Assembly: GCF_009834535.1 (NCBI RefSeq)
Contig: NC_045696.1
Location: 95,110,001-95,174,000 of the forward strand
From: Camelus ferus
Taxonomy: Eukaryota
DNA length: 64,000 bases
Direction: 5' to 3'
Shown: one piece after another, positions 26,820 to 39,439 of the stretch
How the letters are laid out: the number at the start of each line of letters is the position of its first letter
How positions within the stretch are numbered: the first letter of the stretch is position 1
The notes under the pieces: model-generated
Told to the model about the DNA's origin: nothing
Seen by the model: the letters and a program-made list of their open reading frames with translations, nothing else
Database searches by the model: none
Made by a program: the position numbers and the translations under genes

Positions 26820-27450
26820 AAATGCTTAATTAGTTACGTTCTTATGGCTCAAAAAAATTGAATAACTATAAAAGATTAAAAGTTTAAAAAAATGTTTCTT
26901 TCCTTCCAACCTGGTTCCTCATCTAGCCAGAACCTCCTTCCCTCCATATAGAAATCTCTATTCTCAGATTCTATAGATCTTTCCAGGGTTATGCATATTC
27001 AGTAAGATACAAATATAGATTTTTATTTTTCCTTATTTTACACAGAAAGTATACTATACATACTGTTCTGAAACATTTTTTTCTGCTATATAGTTTCTCG
27101 GATTTTTTTTAACAGATACATAGCTCTCCACTATAAAAATAAGCCATAATTTATTTAGCCATTCCCTGTTGAAAGATTTTTGAGTTGAGTCTAACCAACT
27201 AAAATCTTTGCTATTATGCAAAAATGTTACAATGAATAAATTTGAACCTATAGCATTTAGCATATATGCAAGCATATCTGTAGAATATATTACAGAAATA
27301 GAATTGCTGGGTCAAAGGCTCTATGCATGTGCAAATTTGATAAATTTATCCAATTGTCCTTTGTAAAGGTCATACTAATTCATACTCCTTTCAGCAATGA
27401 AGAAGGTGGGCTCCCCTACAGCTTTGCCAAAAGAGGATGCTGTCAAACTC
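26820..27450 (-). mobile_element. L1ME 3' end
   Basis: ccataatttatttagccattccctgttg; agaaatagaattgctgggtcaaagg; catactaattcatactcc. Confidence 0.75.
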
Positions 27451-28108
27451 CCTTCCCCTACTGATCTCTCAGCACTGTCTCAGACTCCAGAGAGTGTGGC
27501 AGGAGGTTTACACACAATTGCAGACAACAAAAGAAAAACCACTTAAGGTGAAAAAATATAATTAGCTTTAATTTAATAAGCTCACTGAAATACTAGATAC
27601 AGAAAAGGAATTATAAATCACTTTTTAAACTGATTCCCACAACATTGCCTTGATTTTCTGCTTAATGTTGTGTCTTTATTCTCCCCAAAATGTCTCATCT
27701 TCTTACCTCCAAAGAGTGACAACCGGTGAGGCAGAATTTTTTTTTAAGTACCTTTTTCTTTTTTGATGAGTGTGACAAGCTCAAAGGGACATAACAAACT
27801 TCTGAGTCTTTGGGGACAACATGGAACTGTCTCTTTCCTCGCCTATCTCTCCAAAAGATTAGTCACAAAAAGTTTATTTCTCTAGCTCAGAGCTGAAATA
27901 TCTGGCTGGTGTCACTGGTGGTCCCATGAGAATTGTTGCAAGGCGTGAACTGAGGAAGAACAATTCCCTCCCTCTTCTAATGTGTTCACTGGTTAACTTT
28001 CTGCATGTGATTTTAATTTTAGTGAAACATACTGAATTTGTCCCTACCCCGATCTCAATACAGGCCAGTGTTAATATAGCAAACTATTAAAAAGATTTTA
28101 ATATAAGA

Positions 28109-29350
28109 CAGAAGTGTGCTGGTAAATGTTTACAACCTACTTTCCAGGAAAAAAGGCCCACATTTTAGTATTTGTCAACTTCCATGGTGTAAATATTCTC
28201 TCCATGACCAGTGTTAAATGGGACATCACAAAATACAGAATTGGGAAGAGAGGCAGAGCAGCTCATCATTATATAGCTTCCATGATATATTATTTTCACC
28301 TGTGATACTGTGACGTATAAAAGAAATACACATTTGGTCTTTGTCTTCTGTTTCTGGCACAGAGCTTCTAAAACCCTTGAGATTTCAGGAAGAGAGAAAT
28401 AAAGGTGTCTCTCGTTATGTTAATAAGGTGACTTCTAGACCTGCCTAGAGATGGGGGCTGGTTGACAGAAGAACCAACCCTGTGATTAGAGGGTTAGAAC
28501 TTTCACTTCTGCCCCCTCACTCCCCACCCACTTCTACCTCTGGAGAGGGGAGAGGGCCTAGAGGCTGACTCAATCACCCATGGCCGATGATTTAATTAAT
28601 TAGGACTATATATAATGATACTGCCACAAAAACCCAAAAGGAATGGGTTCAGAAAACTTCTGGGTTGGTGAACATGTGGAGATTCAAGAAGCATGGTGTG
28701 CCTGGAGAGGGCAGGGAAGTTCCAGGACCACTCCCGTTGCCTAGCCACCTGCATCTCTTACATCTGCTGTTCCTAAATTACATCATTTTATAATAAACTG
28801 GTAATATAGTAAGTTTTGTGAGCCTCTCTAGCAAATTAATCAAACCTAAGGAGGGGGTTGTGGGAACCTCTGCTTTATAGCCAATTGGTCAGAAGCACAG
28901 GTAATAACCTGGGCTTGAGGCTGGCGTCTGAAGTGGGGGGCTGGAGAGGAAGCTGTCTTATAGGACTGAGCCCTTAACTTGTGGAACCTGATACTATCTC
29001 CAGATAAATAGAATTGAGTTGAATTTTAGGACACCCTGCTGGTGTCAAAGGATTGTTAGTGGCATGGGGAATTATACCCTCACCACACTGGAAAATGGGT
29101 CTCAGAACAACACTCATCACCATACAGATACAATAGATGTACATAACCTCAAGGGCATGGATGGCAGTAAATGACGGTAAAATAATTAGAAATTTATCTC
29201 TTTTAAGCATTTATTAGCTTTATGGCTTCTAGTATAATTTATTTAACTCTATTTATATTATTTAATTTTTAATAATGGCTGTTTAATGACCAGCTGGCAA
29301 AATTCTTGAAAATTTATTTGGCTCTTACAAGCTGGCTCCAATGCATTACT
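28109..29350 (+). mobile_element. hAT-Blackjack MITE (MER63-like), split by an LTR at 28301-29116
   Basis: Left part gtgtgctggtaaatgtttacaac...ttccatggtgtaaata; right part catacagatacaatagatgtacataacctcaag...gctggctccaatgcattact. Confidence 0.8.
28301..29116 (+). mobile_element. ERVL solo LTR (MER21-like) with 5-bp TSD
   Basis: TG...CA termini; TSD tcacc at 28296-28300 and 29117-29121; ctggcacagagcttctaaaaccctt; aaccaaccctgtgattagagggttagaactttca; AATAAA ~28793. Confidence 0.9.
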
Positions 29351-29429
29351 AAAAGGGAACTATAATGTCATTGAGAGAAGTAAACCGCTGAGAAAGGACT
29401 GATTTATCTGTGGACCTCCCAATAATTAT

Positions 29430-29910
29430 AGTCATATAGTTGCCTATCCAAATCCAAATTTCCCTTCTTTCTTAATAGCAGAATTTTTTATTTTTTTTAG
29501 GTTTGACAATGCATCCAGTTAAAATACATTTCCCATCTCACCTGAAAGGGGAAGGCATGTGATTGCAATCAGGACAACAATATTTGAGCAGAAGTTATTG
29601 ATGGGAACTCTGGAAGAGTTTCTTTCAAATAGCATGGGTTCAACTGGCCTTCACCATTTTGCACAACCAACTTTTTCCTTCCTCTCCTTGTATGTGATAG
29701 GTGGGATCATGGCAGCCATACTGTGAGCATGAGGTGCTGAAGATGTAAGCTTCTACTAAGAATAGCAAAGTAAAAAATAGAAGTATTCCAATATATTGAT
29801 AACATGAAGGAGTCAATATGCCAGCCCTGAAGAGCCCACCTCTGTACTCCATTGTACGTAAGAGAAAATTTAATAAAATCTTTATAACTCAAGATTAAAT
29901 ACTACTTCTA
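29430..29910 (+). mobile_element. Old MaLR LTR (MLT1J/K-like)
   Basis: ttaaaatacatttccc; gagcagaagttattg; gcagccatactgtgagcatgagg; ccagccctgaagagcccacctctg. Confidence 0.6.
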
Positions 29911-30939
29911 AATGACAATAATAGTTAAGCTTCATTGAGTGTCTGCCATGTGCCAGACACCATGTTAAGTAATTTATATATGTTAGTCTTAGAAAGATAA
30001 CACATTTCTGTGCAGATTAAACATGCTAGTTTGTGATTTTTATTGACTGGTTTGTCCTAGGAAGGATTGATTAACTTTAAATTTATGAATGTTCACAATT
30101 TCTCTTCAGCAGAATATAGGTATATAAGAGTTAGATTTATCCCCTCATGCCACAAGGGGTATTTACTCAATTTCTGCTCAAAGAAGTATTAGCATATAAA
30201 TAATGTATTACATTTGAATTGTACATGCCAGCCAAATACTCAGTTCACTATCCGCAATAGTGAATATCTATTCAGAATCACAAGAAGTTAAATGAGACTG
30301 AATAGAGACAGCACTGTTCTGATGTTCTACAGCGCTCTTATGAAGATTTAATTGAAGTAACTACTCCATTTCTCAGATAGTTCCAAAAACTTCTAAAAAT
30401 TATACTATTAAGTTAGACATAATATTCAGACCTGGAATCCTGATGGACCTGCAGACACAAGGAGCTATAACATTTCTAGTTCCTTCCAGTGAGTCTGTGA
30501 CAGCACCTCAAACTATAACAACTCATTGAAATCGGCCCCCGGAAGGAACAGTTGATAATCAGCTAGAAGAGTGAAGCCTTTGGCATGCTTGTCAATCATA
30601 TCTATTGTTGCATCCTGTGAAGGAAGGTAATCAATTCTGAATGGCATATCTTAAGGAGAAAACCTGCTTTTATCATACTAAGCCATTTCCCAAAATTTAA
30701 CTTTTGAAAAACATCTCGAGTCTTATTTTCTGAAATACTCAAGGGGGCCATTTTGAAATTATTTTAACTTTTTTTAACTTATTTTACAGTTCAGGCTGCA
30801 GTCTACCTTTTTTTTTTCAATTCTAAAATTAAAATTGAGGATTTTTGTTTTGGTTTTGTTTGGGTTTTCTTTTTAATTTCTCAGAATAGAGCCATTAATA
30901 GTTACTGGCACCTAACAAATTTCACGAAATTATTCCTCT

Positions 30940-31335
30940 TTTTTGGCTTTTTTAAATTTATTGTTTTACTTAAATTTTTTTCTTATTTTATTTTTTAATT
31001 GAAGTATAGTTGATTTACAATGTTGTAGTTTCGGGTGAATAGCAAAGTGATTCAGTTATATATATACTTTTTTTTTCCGATTCTTTTCCATTATAGGTTA
31101 CTACAAGACATTAAATATAGTTCCCTGTGCTCTACAATAGGACCTTGTTATTTATCTATTTTATATATAGTAGTGTGTATCTGTTAATCCCAAACTCCTA
31201 ATTCATTCCCCTCTTTTCCCCTTTGGTAACCATTAGTTTGTTTTCTATGTCAGAAAGTTTACTTCCATTTTATAAGTTTGTTTGTGTCATTTTTTTAGAT
31301 TCCACTTATAAGTGATATCACGTTACTTGTCTTCA
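30940..31335 (-). mobile_element. Cetartiodactyl L1 3' end
   Basis: T-rich tail, then aattgaagtatagttgatttacaatgttg...ttttccattataggttactacaagacattaaatatagttccctgtgct...tagattccacttataagtgatatca. Confidence 0.9.
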
Positions 31336-31879
31336 CCAAATCTTTCTTGATGTCCTTGACTTCACTCTCTGTTTCATAGCGCTGACAAAGTAAACTCAAC
31401 AAAGAGTTCCTGGGGAAGATGTGGAGACTTATTCCAAGATTTATATTCCTTTTTTGAACTACCATGAAATGTTTTTAAAAGATAATCTTTCTAAAATACC
31501 CCCACTTATTTATTCAGTGTGTTATAATTAAAGGGGAAAAAATCCATGAATTATACATTTTCTCCTTTGTATTTCTCCCTCGTTGAACTGTGAGAATTCT
31601 AAGGAAATAAGTAAATACCCCTATATACACGAGGATTTAGGTAATGGGCTTTATTGTTGTTGATAAAAATTTGTTTGGAAATTCCAGGTATGTAAACGTT
31701 AACTACATTTTAAAGTGACCTGTTGCTTTTCTGGTGTCTGCTCACAGACAGGGGATGCTGGGAGGGTGGGGCAGAGCTCCATGGGGTCTAAGCTCCACGG
31801 GGTCAAAACCTTTTTTGCTTTCCTGTGTTTCCACAAAATGCTGTATCCAGGGCCTGCCCTAGATGATATCTGACAGACA

Positions 31880-32100
31880 ATGTATATTGAGTCCTTGCTC
31901 CATACCCGGCACTGTGTTAAGCAGCTGATACCTGTGATTTCACTCAGACCTCACAGCAGACCTAAGAGTTAGTCATTGTTACTATCTTTGCTTCACGGAG
32001 GAGGAAATGGAAGCTCAGGCACAGCTACTCAGCAGCAGCACCTGAACTCAGTCAGTCAGCTTTGTCTGCCTCGGGGTCTTTGAACTCAAACCCAGGTGCC
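31880..32100 (-). mobile_element. MIR SINE
   Basis: tattgagtccttgctccatacccggcactgtgttaag...cacggaggaggaaatggaagctcag. Confidence 0.65.
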
Positions 32101-32799
32101 ACGTTGTGAGCCTCGGCAGACTCCCTGAGGGCTGGAGGGCTGCAGAGCGGAGCGGAGCTGAGGCCGCTCAGTAAACACGTCCCTTTCAAGGTACTCTACT
32201 TCAAAAATAGTTCCCCACTTAGTCCATTGATTAGGGTTGTACGTAGTTCATCAGACCTCACCCTGCACAGGTTAAGGCTTTTACCCTCAGAGGGAATTAC
32301 CTTAATCCTGTGGTCTCCTACCTGCTAAAGATAAGCACTGTGAGGTACTAACTGTTCTGAGCTCAGGGGAAGGAAGGAAGGAAGTGAAGAATTGAATAAC
32401 TTTAAAGTGATGTCGACCTTACGCGGTGGCAGACCCTGTGCTGAGCTCTGAGATAGCTCAGAGGCAGCGAGGGATACAGACGAGAAAGTGAGAAAGCAAC
32501 GCAGGTGTATTCATTTTACTTTGTAAATGTGCCTAAGGCCCTTTTGGCTGAAACAGAGCCAATCCACACGCCACTGACGGTCACATCTGGTTTCTCAGCA
32601 ACAGATTACTAACATTTGTTCTGAGTCTGGATGGACTGTAAGTTTTACAATAATGAAAAGGTAATAACAGTACTGTAGATACTAAACCAAGACAATGCCA
32701 AAGATCTTATTTTTAAGTTAATGATTCAAAACAATTTTTCAGGTCTTGCTATATCTCAGAGTGAATATTTCAAAAGCTATTACGAATATTCTCCTTACA

Positions 32800-32970
32800 T
32801 GTGACTGTCGGTTGTTTGCAGACACGCAGACCTGCACAACGGGAGGTGGGTGAACTGGTCCAGCTGCACGTTTCCCGCGGGAGAGCGCCGCGCCACGCGA
32901 GGTCTGCGCGCGCCGGCTGCCTTTCTCACAGCCTCTTGGCGGAGGTAGAGTCGTGCGCCCTCACAGGTAC
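32800..32970. promoter_or_regulatory. Small CpG-rich promoter-like patch with E2F motif
   Basis: Dense CpGs in an otherwise CpG-depleted window; TTTCCCGC at 32871-32878; tgcgcgcgc ~32905; possible + donor cag|gtactg at ~32967. Confidence 0.5.
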
Positions 32971-33424
32971 TGTGTTGGATTCCTGTTGCTTCCATAACAA
33001 ATTGCCACAAGTGTAGTGCTTTCAAACCGCACAAGATTATAAGCAGAAGTTCTGGAAGTCAAAGTCTGACCCGGGTCTCACTGAGCTACAATCAGGTTGT
33101 TGGCAGGGCTGCTTTCTTTGCTTTCTCCAAAGGGGAACTCATTTCCTTACGTTTTCCAGCTTCTAGCGGTGCCCATAGTCCTTGTTTCATGACCCCCTTC
33201 CCCCATCTTCAAAGATGGTACTATTGCATCTCTCCTGCCTTTCAAAATGGCTTCAGCTTTTAAGGACCTGTGTGCTTGGATCAGGCCCACCTGGATAGCC
33301 TCCCCGTCTCAGGGCTGTTAACATCGCGTCTGCAAAAGTCTGTTTGCCATGTCAGGTGACATATGCACGGGTTCCACAGGCTAGGACACGGGGACCTGTG
33401 GGGGCCGTTATTCCACCTGCTGCG
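32971..33424 (-). mobile_element. MaLR solo LTR (MLT1D-like)
   Basis: ttgcttccataacaaattgccacaa; gttggcagggctg; ttttccagcttctag; gtctgcaaaagtctgtttgccatgtcaggtgacata. Confidence 0.85.
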
Positions 33425-35417
33425 GACGGCCTCACTGGGACTATTTTGACTCGCATTGCCATGGTCACTACCATTTGGCAGCCTGGCAGGGGCCTCCTCC
33501 TCAGAGTGACTGCAAGGTTAATCCCCTCATGGCGGCCCTAGTGACAGCAAGTTCAAAAACAATTAAAACTTGCCAATAGATTCCAGCTCTGAGCAAATTC
33601 TGTAGTCCTGAGAGAAACAGAATTGGATAAATTGGCTTTGCTGCTTTAAAATGCAAATTTTCCAATATATATTTAAAATATTCCTGATTTAGAGGCAGGG
33701 GTTATATTCAAATAAGTCATCCATTTAAATCAGAAAATCCCAGAATTAGAATGAGGATCTCCTTTTCTGTCCAATGCTGTAGTCCCCTCCACTAGATTTC
33801 CTCCAATGAAAGATACCTAAGCAGAGCAAGGGATGGCAACCTACTGCTCATTTGAATTTTGCGCAGTTGTAATTGTTTGAAGGTTCCTCCCACCACTATG
33901 CTGAAATAAGCCCATCTGCCGTGTTCACATATGGCTCTCTGTTCTCCCTTTTGGAACCACACAACAAAAATCTAATGCAGCTCCTACTGGCTAACTGGTT
34001 TCTGAGGGGGCATATAGAGCCATTCTAGGCCACTGTACAGATTAAAGAAACTGATACAGTTTTCCTGTTTTATAATTTGAGCCAAGAAAACAAACCAAAA
34101 AAAATCTATCTTATGCAATACGTGATCACTTGGAAAAACAGTTAAGGGATAATATGACATAGTACATCCATTGCATTGTTTTTAATCCATATCATAATCT
34201 CCTTACTCAGATTGGTTACAAGGGCAAAAAAAAATTCTATAGTGGAATTTTAGCCAGAGAGTTTAAACTTGAAATTTATCTCCAAAATATTAAAAATCAT
34301 CTCAGTCATTAATGTTAAGATTAGGATAACAATCTTTCATTTTCTTATGAACTATAACTTGAAATTTTGCTATTTCACCACAAACTCATCTAAATAGCAT
34401 TGCCCACCTTCTCTTTAAGACATAGGCTTATTTTATCAACAAAAAGAAAGAATTTGAAGGTTGAAATTTTAAAGGAACAGAATAGATAAGGGTCACCAGT
34501 TTCCAAGCAACTGTTGAACAGATGTTTCTGAATTCAGAGGAATTACTCACAAAAAAACAATTAAGTACTGTGTTTTTTAGTGTATCTCTCTTTTTTTTTT
34601 TTTTTTTTTGGTCTTGCTTTTTCTTGTTGTTTTTCAAAAAAATTTTTAAATCAGTATTAGTAAATGTATAATAAAAGCCAAGAAAATTCACTCAAGTTTA
34701 AATGTTAAACTGGCTTTGCTGCTTAAAATTTTAAAAGAATAAATATTCTCTATGATTCTTAAACTTGCTAGGGTTTGTAAGCAGTCAAGTAAACAAAATG
34801 AATCAATCAAAAGACCATTTATTAGTGTTTTTTAGAAGAAAATACTGAAAAACACAGAAAGTTAGAAGGGGAGATTTTTTTAAATGAGGGGGTAATCTTA
34901 ATCACAGAAATGTCAACTCTTTGAAATGACGAAAAGTAACATGTTCAGAAAGGGAGCATTTGATTGACAGATGAGAATCTGCACAAAAGCTTTGAGAATT
35001 TGATCCTGGTGTCTTTTGTGAGGTTTTTGAATTATAAAAATAATGAACACACCATGTTGTTCCGAAGTATTTTTGCAATTGAAGTTTTATTTAGTTCAAA
35101 ATTGTTTTCTGTTTTTGTTAAACATAAAAGATGTCAGAATATCCTTTAAGTGTGATGGTCTATAGTTTAATCTAAAATTGAACTTTTAAAAAGAATACAA
35201 GGCAAAAGAAGTTCATATTTGCCATTAGACTGATTCTGCGTAGATGAATCTATATTAGCTGAAACACTTCTAAATAGGATATAGTTTAATTGACTGCTCT
35301 TCTTCCACTAGTATTTTTGGATAGTTTTAATAAATAATGCAAATAATACCAAATTCAATTGTAACTTTTTTTAAAAATTTAAAACGCTTTATGAAAATTC
35401 ACTTTTGTGAGACATTC

Positions 35418-35790
35418 GTGGCTTAAGTTGTATTCTCTGAAAAACAGATTCTGAGATGGAGATTTGGGTATCAGAGGTTCAGGAGTGCTGCCAGGAATAC
35501 TTCTAAAGAGTAATGGGAGAGAACTGAGCAGAAGAAGCTGAACTGTGGTACATTGTGCAGTGTTCTCAAATGGAAGCAAAGGGTCCAGGGCTTATTATCC
35601 TGCTTAACTGACCAGTCATCGGATTTAAGCTACAGTCAGGGGAAGAGATGGGCCAGGGATGTCCTTCAAAGGAAGGGCAGTGCCCCAAGTGTGATGCAAC
35701 TGTGCAATCTAAACACCCAGTACTCCCAGTAGCTGGGGATATGAGGGCCTTCCTCCTGAAGGCAGTGGGTATACTACACTATCTGCCACA
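35418..35790 (-). mobile_element. ERVL solo LTR (LTR16-like)
   Basis: aaaacagattctgagatggagattt; gcagaagaagctgaactgtg; actcccagtagctggggat; ends tctgccaca. Confidence 0.65.
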
Positions 35791-35969
35791 ATTTTTAAAC
35801 TAAAAAAAAAATCTTCTAGAATACCACTGGCATCATGACCGTATCAAAAGTATTAAAATTTAGACCTGGATAAAACATTTGTCATCACTAAACCCAACCC
35901 TTTACAATATAGATGTTACCTTAAGTGCCAAACAACATGTAAGACTTTGGACTAATGCTGTTCTGCTAA

Positions 35970-36760
35970 ATTCCAACTCACATATCTACCTGCCTACTCA
36001 GTATCCTCCTTTAAATGTCTAAATGGCACATTAAAATAAAACTCAAGCATTTGATTTTCCCCCGCATAAGTGTGCTCTTCCCCCAAGATTTGTCACTTCT
36101 GTAAGTGGTACAGTCATTCTTCCAGGTGCTCAAGATAAAATCATCTGATTCATTATATTTTGTTCCTTTTTGCGCATAGAATCCATTAGTACATCATGTA
36201 GGCTCTTCCAACAGCACGTAACTAGAATCAGACCACTTACACACTATTATTATCTTGGTGTAACCTAATAATATCTCTACTTGACTATTGCAGCAGCCCC
36301 CTAAGTGGTCCCTCCGCTTCCCCCTTGCCTTGCAATCTGTTCTCCACATATCAGTGATTCTTTTAAAACTAAGATCGTGTCACTCCTTTGCTTAAAACCT
36401 TTCAAAGATTTTATATCACCCTCGCAGTCCCACTCACTATCTCTCAGTCTAAACCACCCACCAGTTTCCCCTCATTCACTCTGTTCTGGTGACACTGGAC
36501 TTGCCATTTCCTGAGCACACCCACCATACTCAGACCCTACCTCAGCGGCCCTTTCCCCTTCTGTTTTCTCTGCCTTGGACTCTGGGCAGAGAGAAATCTG
36601 CATAGTTCCCTGATCCCTCTGGTCTCTGCTCAAATGTTGCCTACCAATCTTGTCTTCCTGCCCCTCCCCAATCCATCATTCTCTGTCCATTTCCCTGACT
36701 TTGGTAGTCTTTGGGGATCTTTTCACCACTTTTGCTATCCTGTTGTGAAATTAAATTTGT
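35970..36760 (+). mobile_element. L2 LINE fragment
   Basis: catatctacctgcctactcagtatc; gatcgtgtcactcctttgcttaaaacctttcaa; cctcattcactctgttctggtgacactggac; tctctgctcaaatgt. Confidence 0.8.
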
Positions 36761-37599
36761 GTTCTAATACGGCTGTCAATACTGATGGCCTCTGCCTAAG
36801 GTAAATACTTACCACATAAACCTCTAGCATGGCAGGAGAGAAAAGTTAAAGATGATGATGGGGAAGGTAAATTCTGTGGCTTTGCTCAATAAAAGGATGT
36901 TCTAACAATGACTGACTTCTGGAGGGGACTGACAAGAGGTGATTAGTTTCCAGTTTCCAGAGGGTGTTCACAAAATGCTAGAGAATCACCTGCTGGTGGT
37001 TATATTCATATAATTGGATTAGAGGCTGGTCAAATGAATCTCAAGGTCTCTACCATATTTGAGTTCGCATGATTTTATTCAGAATTTTAAAGACCATTGT
37101 GTTTTACTGTTTTATGGATCCTTGAGATATTTTAATTCCTGTTCAGATTTGACTGGATAATCCATCTCAACACACACTCATGGTTCATTATAAAGATGAC
37201 TCTTTTTGTAAACAATGCAAAAAACAGATTTCTCTTGAAGTATTCATTATGCATATGAACACTTGATTAGAAATATGGCAACGGGAAGTAAATAATCTCT
37301 TGAAAGTTCATTACTGAATGATGCTATCATGTTCTAAGTAAGCACAGTGTGAATTTCAGACTGGCTCATTAATCATTAGAAGACAACTCTAATCAGTGGA
37401 ATGTGACTTTAGGGCAATTGTACTTGATTGAAAATAGCAGCCAATTAAGAAAAAAATACAAATGATTGGCAAGAAGGAAAAAGAGAACTTCAAAATCTTA
37501 GACATATGACATCATTGATCGCTAAAAGTTGAGTTGTTTAAAACTCTGATTGTTATAGCTGCCCTGAATTAATCCTGCACTGTGCAAATTAGAGAAGTA

Positions 37600-38035
37600 A
37601 TTTCTAAGTATAGTAGAGACAGTATTCATTCTCTCCTTCCTTAGTTCAGAACCCCAATTATACCTGGAGATACAAGGCACTCATGTAATGGACTACATTT
37701 CCAGCCACCTACGTTTATTGTTAGGTGACAAAATTCTGGGTGATGGGATGTAATTTAAAAAATTGGGGGGAAATTCTGGAGAGGATATTTTATCAGAAGC
37801 TGACTCAAATGGGAGGTATGTTCTTTTGCCCCCTCCCTTTCCCTTCCTACTGCCTGAAAATCAGATTTGATGGATGAAGCTGTCTTGAAGGTGACTTTGA
37901 AGAGGGAGGCAAGCTAACTGGGAAACAGCCCTGGACAACTGTCTCTTTTATGTGAGAGGGAAATAAACTTTGATCTTACTTAAGCCGTTGTTTTGAGCTT
38001 TCAGACATACATAGCCAAGTTGAATTTGCTAACAC
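37600..38035 (+). mobile_element. Old MaLR LTR (MLT1J/K-like)
   Basis: gactacatttccagcc; ggtgacaaaattctgg; tgtgagagggaaataaactttgatcttacttaagcc. Confidence 0.6.
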
Positions 38036-39129
38036 TGTTGCATGATGCTATATTAAGTTCAGTGGACTTGCTCTCTGCAGCACAACAAAGTAAAAAATGC
38101 ACTGAGTATGGTGGTTTTCTGTCATTATTTCCTGCTTAACATTCATTCCTCTTCTGTAACATGATCTCAGCTTTTGTGGATCCATCCCTCCATAACTGAA
38201 GGTTCTTTGGTGAGACTATAAAATAAGACGACCGCTTCCCTGAGCAAGTGGTACTCATTAACCAACCTTGAGTGATGGGATTCCACATGCCCTAATCCTG
38301 AACCTCAAGTGACAAAAAGATGCTATCTTTGGAGCTGATTCTTCTATCATCATTCTGAAGAGACTGCCCTCTGTTTCTAGCCAACTAGATACTGAGGACT
38401 AGTTACTGTCCTCTCTTAGCTCTAGTTATTTATCTTTTTCTTCAGTGCAGTATATTTTCCTTTCAATATGTATATATTTCATCTTTGCTTTCCTTTGGAG
38501 GGATATGGGAGTGCTATATTTTCTTTTGTTTTTGATTGAGTAAACAGAAGTGGGTTTTGTATTCCGAGTTGTACTAAACACATGACCAAAACTGGTCCAA
38601 CAGTGGGCCAGTCAAACCCAACATAATTGGTATTGATTAAACCTGAATCTCACGTCCAGTGCAATTGTCACATGGATTTATATTGTTCTGATGCCAGCTG
38701 ACCGCTAGGATTTCTGAGAGTCTGATATTGGTTCTAGGTCTGCATGAGATCTTAGTTCACTATTACTTAAATCAATTGGTTACAGTATAGTTTTAATGAG
38801 ATCAGTGTAATGAGGCCAGGTAGCTTTTCTTTGTTCTGTGACTCTGGAACACACCCTTAGTCACAGCTATCCATATCAGAGATGATGCCACTGACCAATA
38901 GCGTTATTTGGGGTGCATAAATTCATCTCCACTCCTAGAATAGTAAATAAAAAATCACGTAACATTGATGCTAATGCAGTCGACTTTTAAACACATTTAG
39001 TGCAGCCCCAACTCAGTGCCACAGAGCTTGATTGGCCTCTGCCAGATCTTACTGCTGCAGAGATTAGGCGAGAATGTAAGTTACCTGCCTCTACTTTCTA
39101 TACTCTTCCCCCCACATGTAATTGTTGTG

Positions 39130-39360
39130 AGGTATGAGCTTTAGCTTTGGAGTTAGGGACCCAGGATAGAGTCTACGTTTTCTAATTTACTAGGTGTATG
39201 ACTCAGCATAATTTATTTAACCTCTCTAAGACTCAGTTTTTGCACTTCTCATGTGCAAAATGAGAATGATTGAATAAACTAATGTATACATTGAGCTCAG
39301 AAGAGTACCTTGCACATGGAACTGATATAATGCTATAAATGTTGGATACAACTATTAAGA
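39130..39360 (+). mobile_element. MIR SINE
   Basis: gctttggagttagggacccagg...ttatttaacctctctaagactcagttttt. Confidence 0.7.
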
Positions 39361-39439
39361 TCAACAGTAATTATTTTAATAAAAAGAAAATATTATTACC
39401 TGCCACCTCTTATTTTCCACAAATCATTGTATGGTTTAA

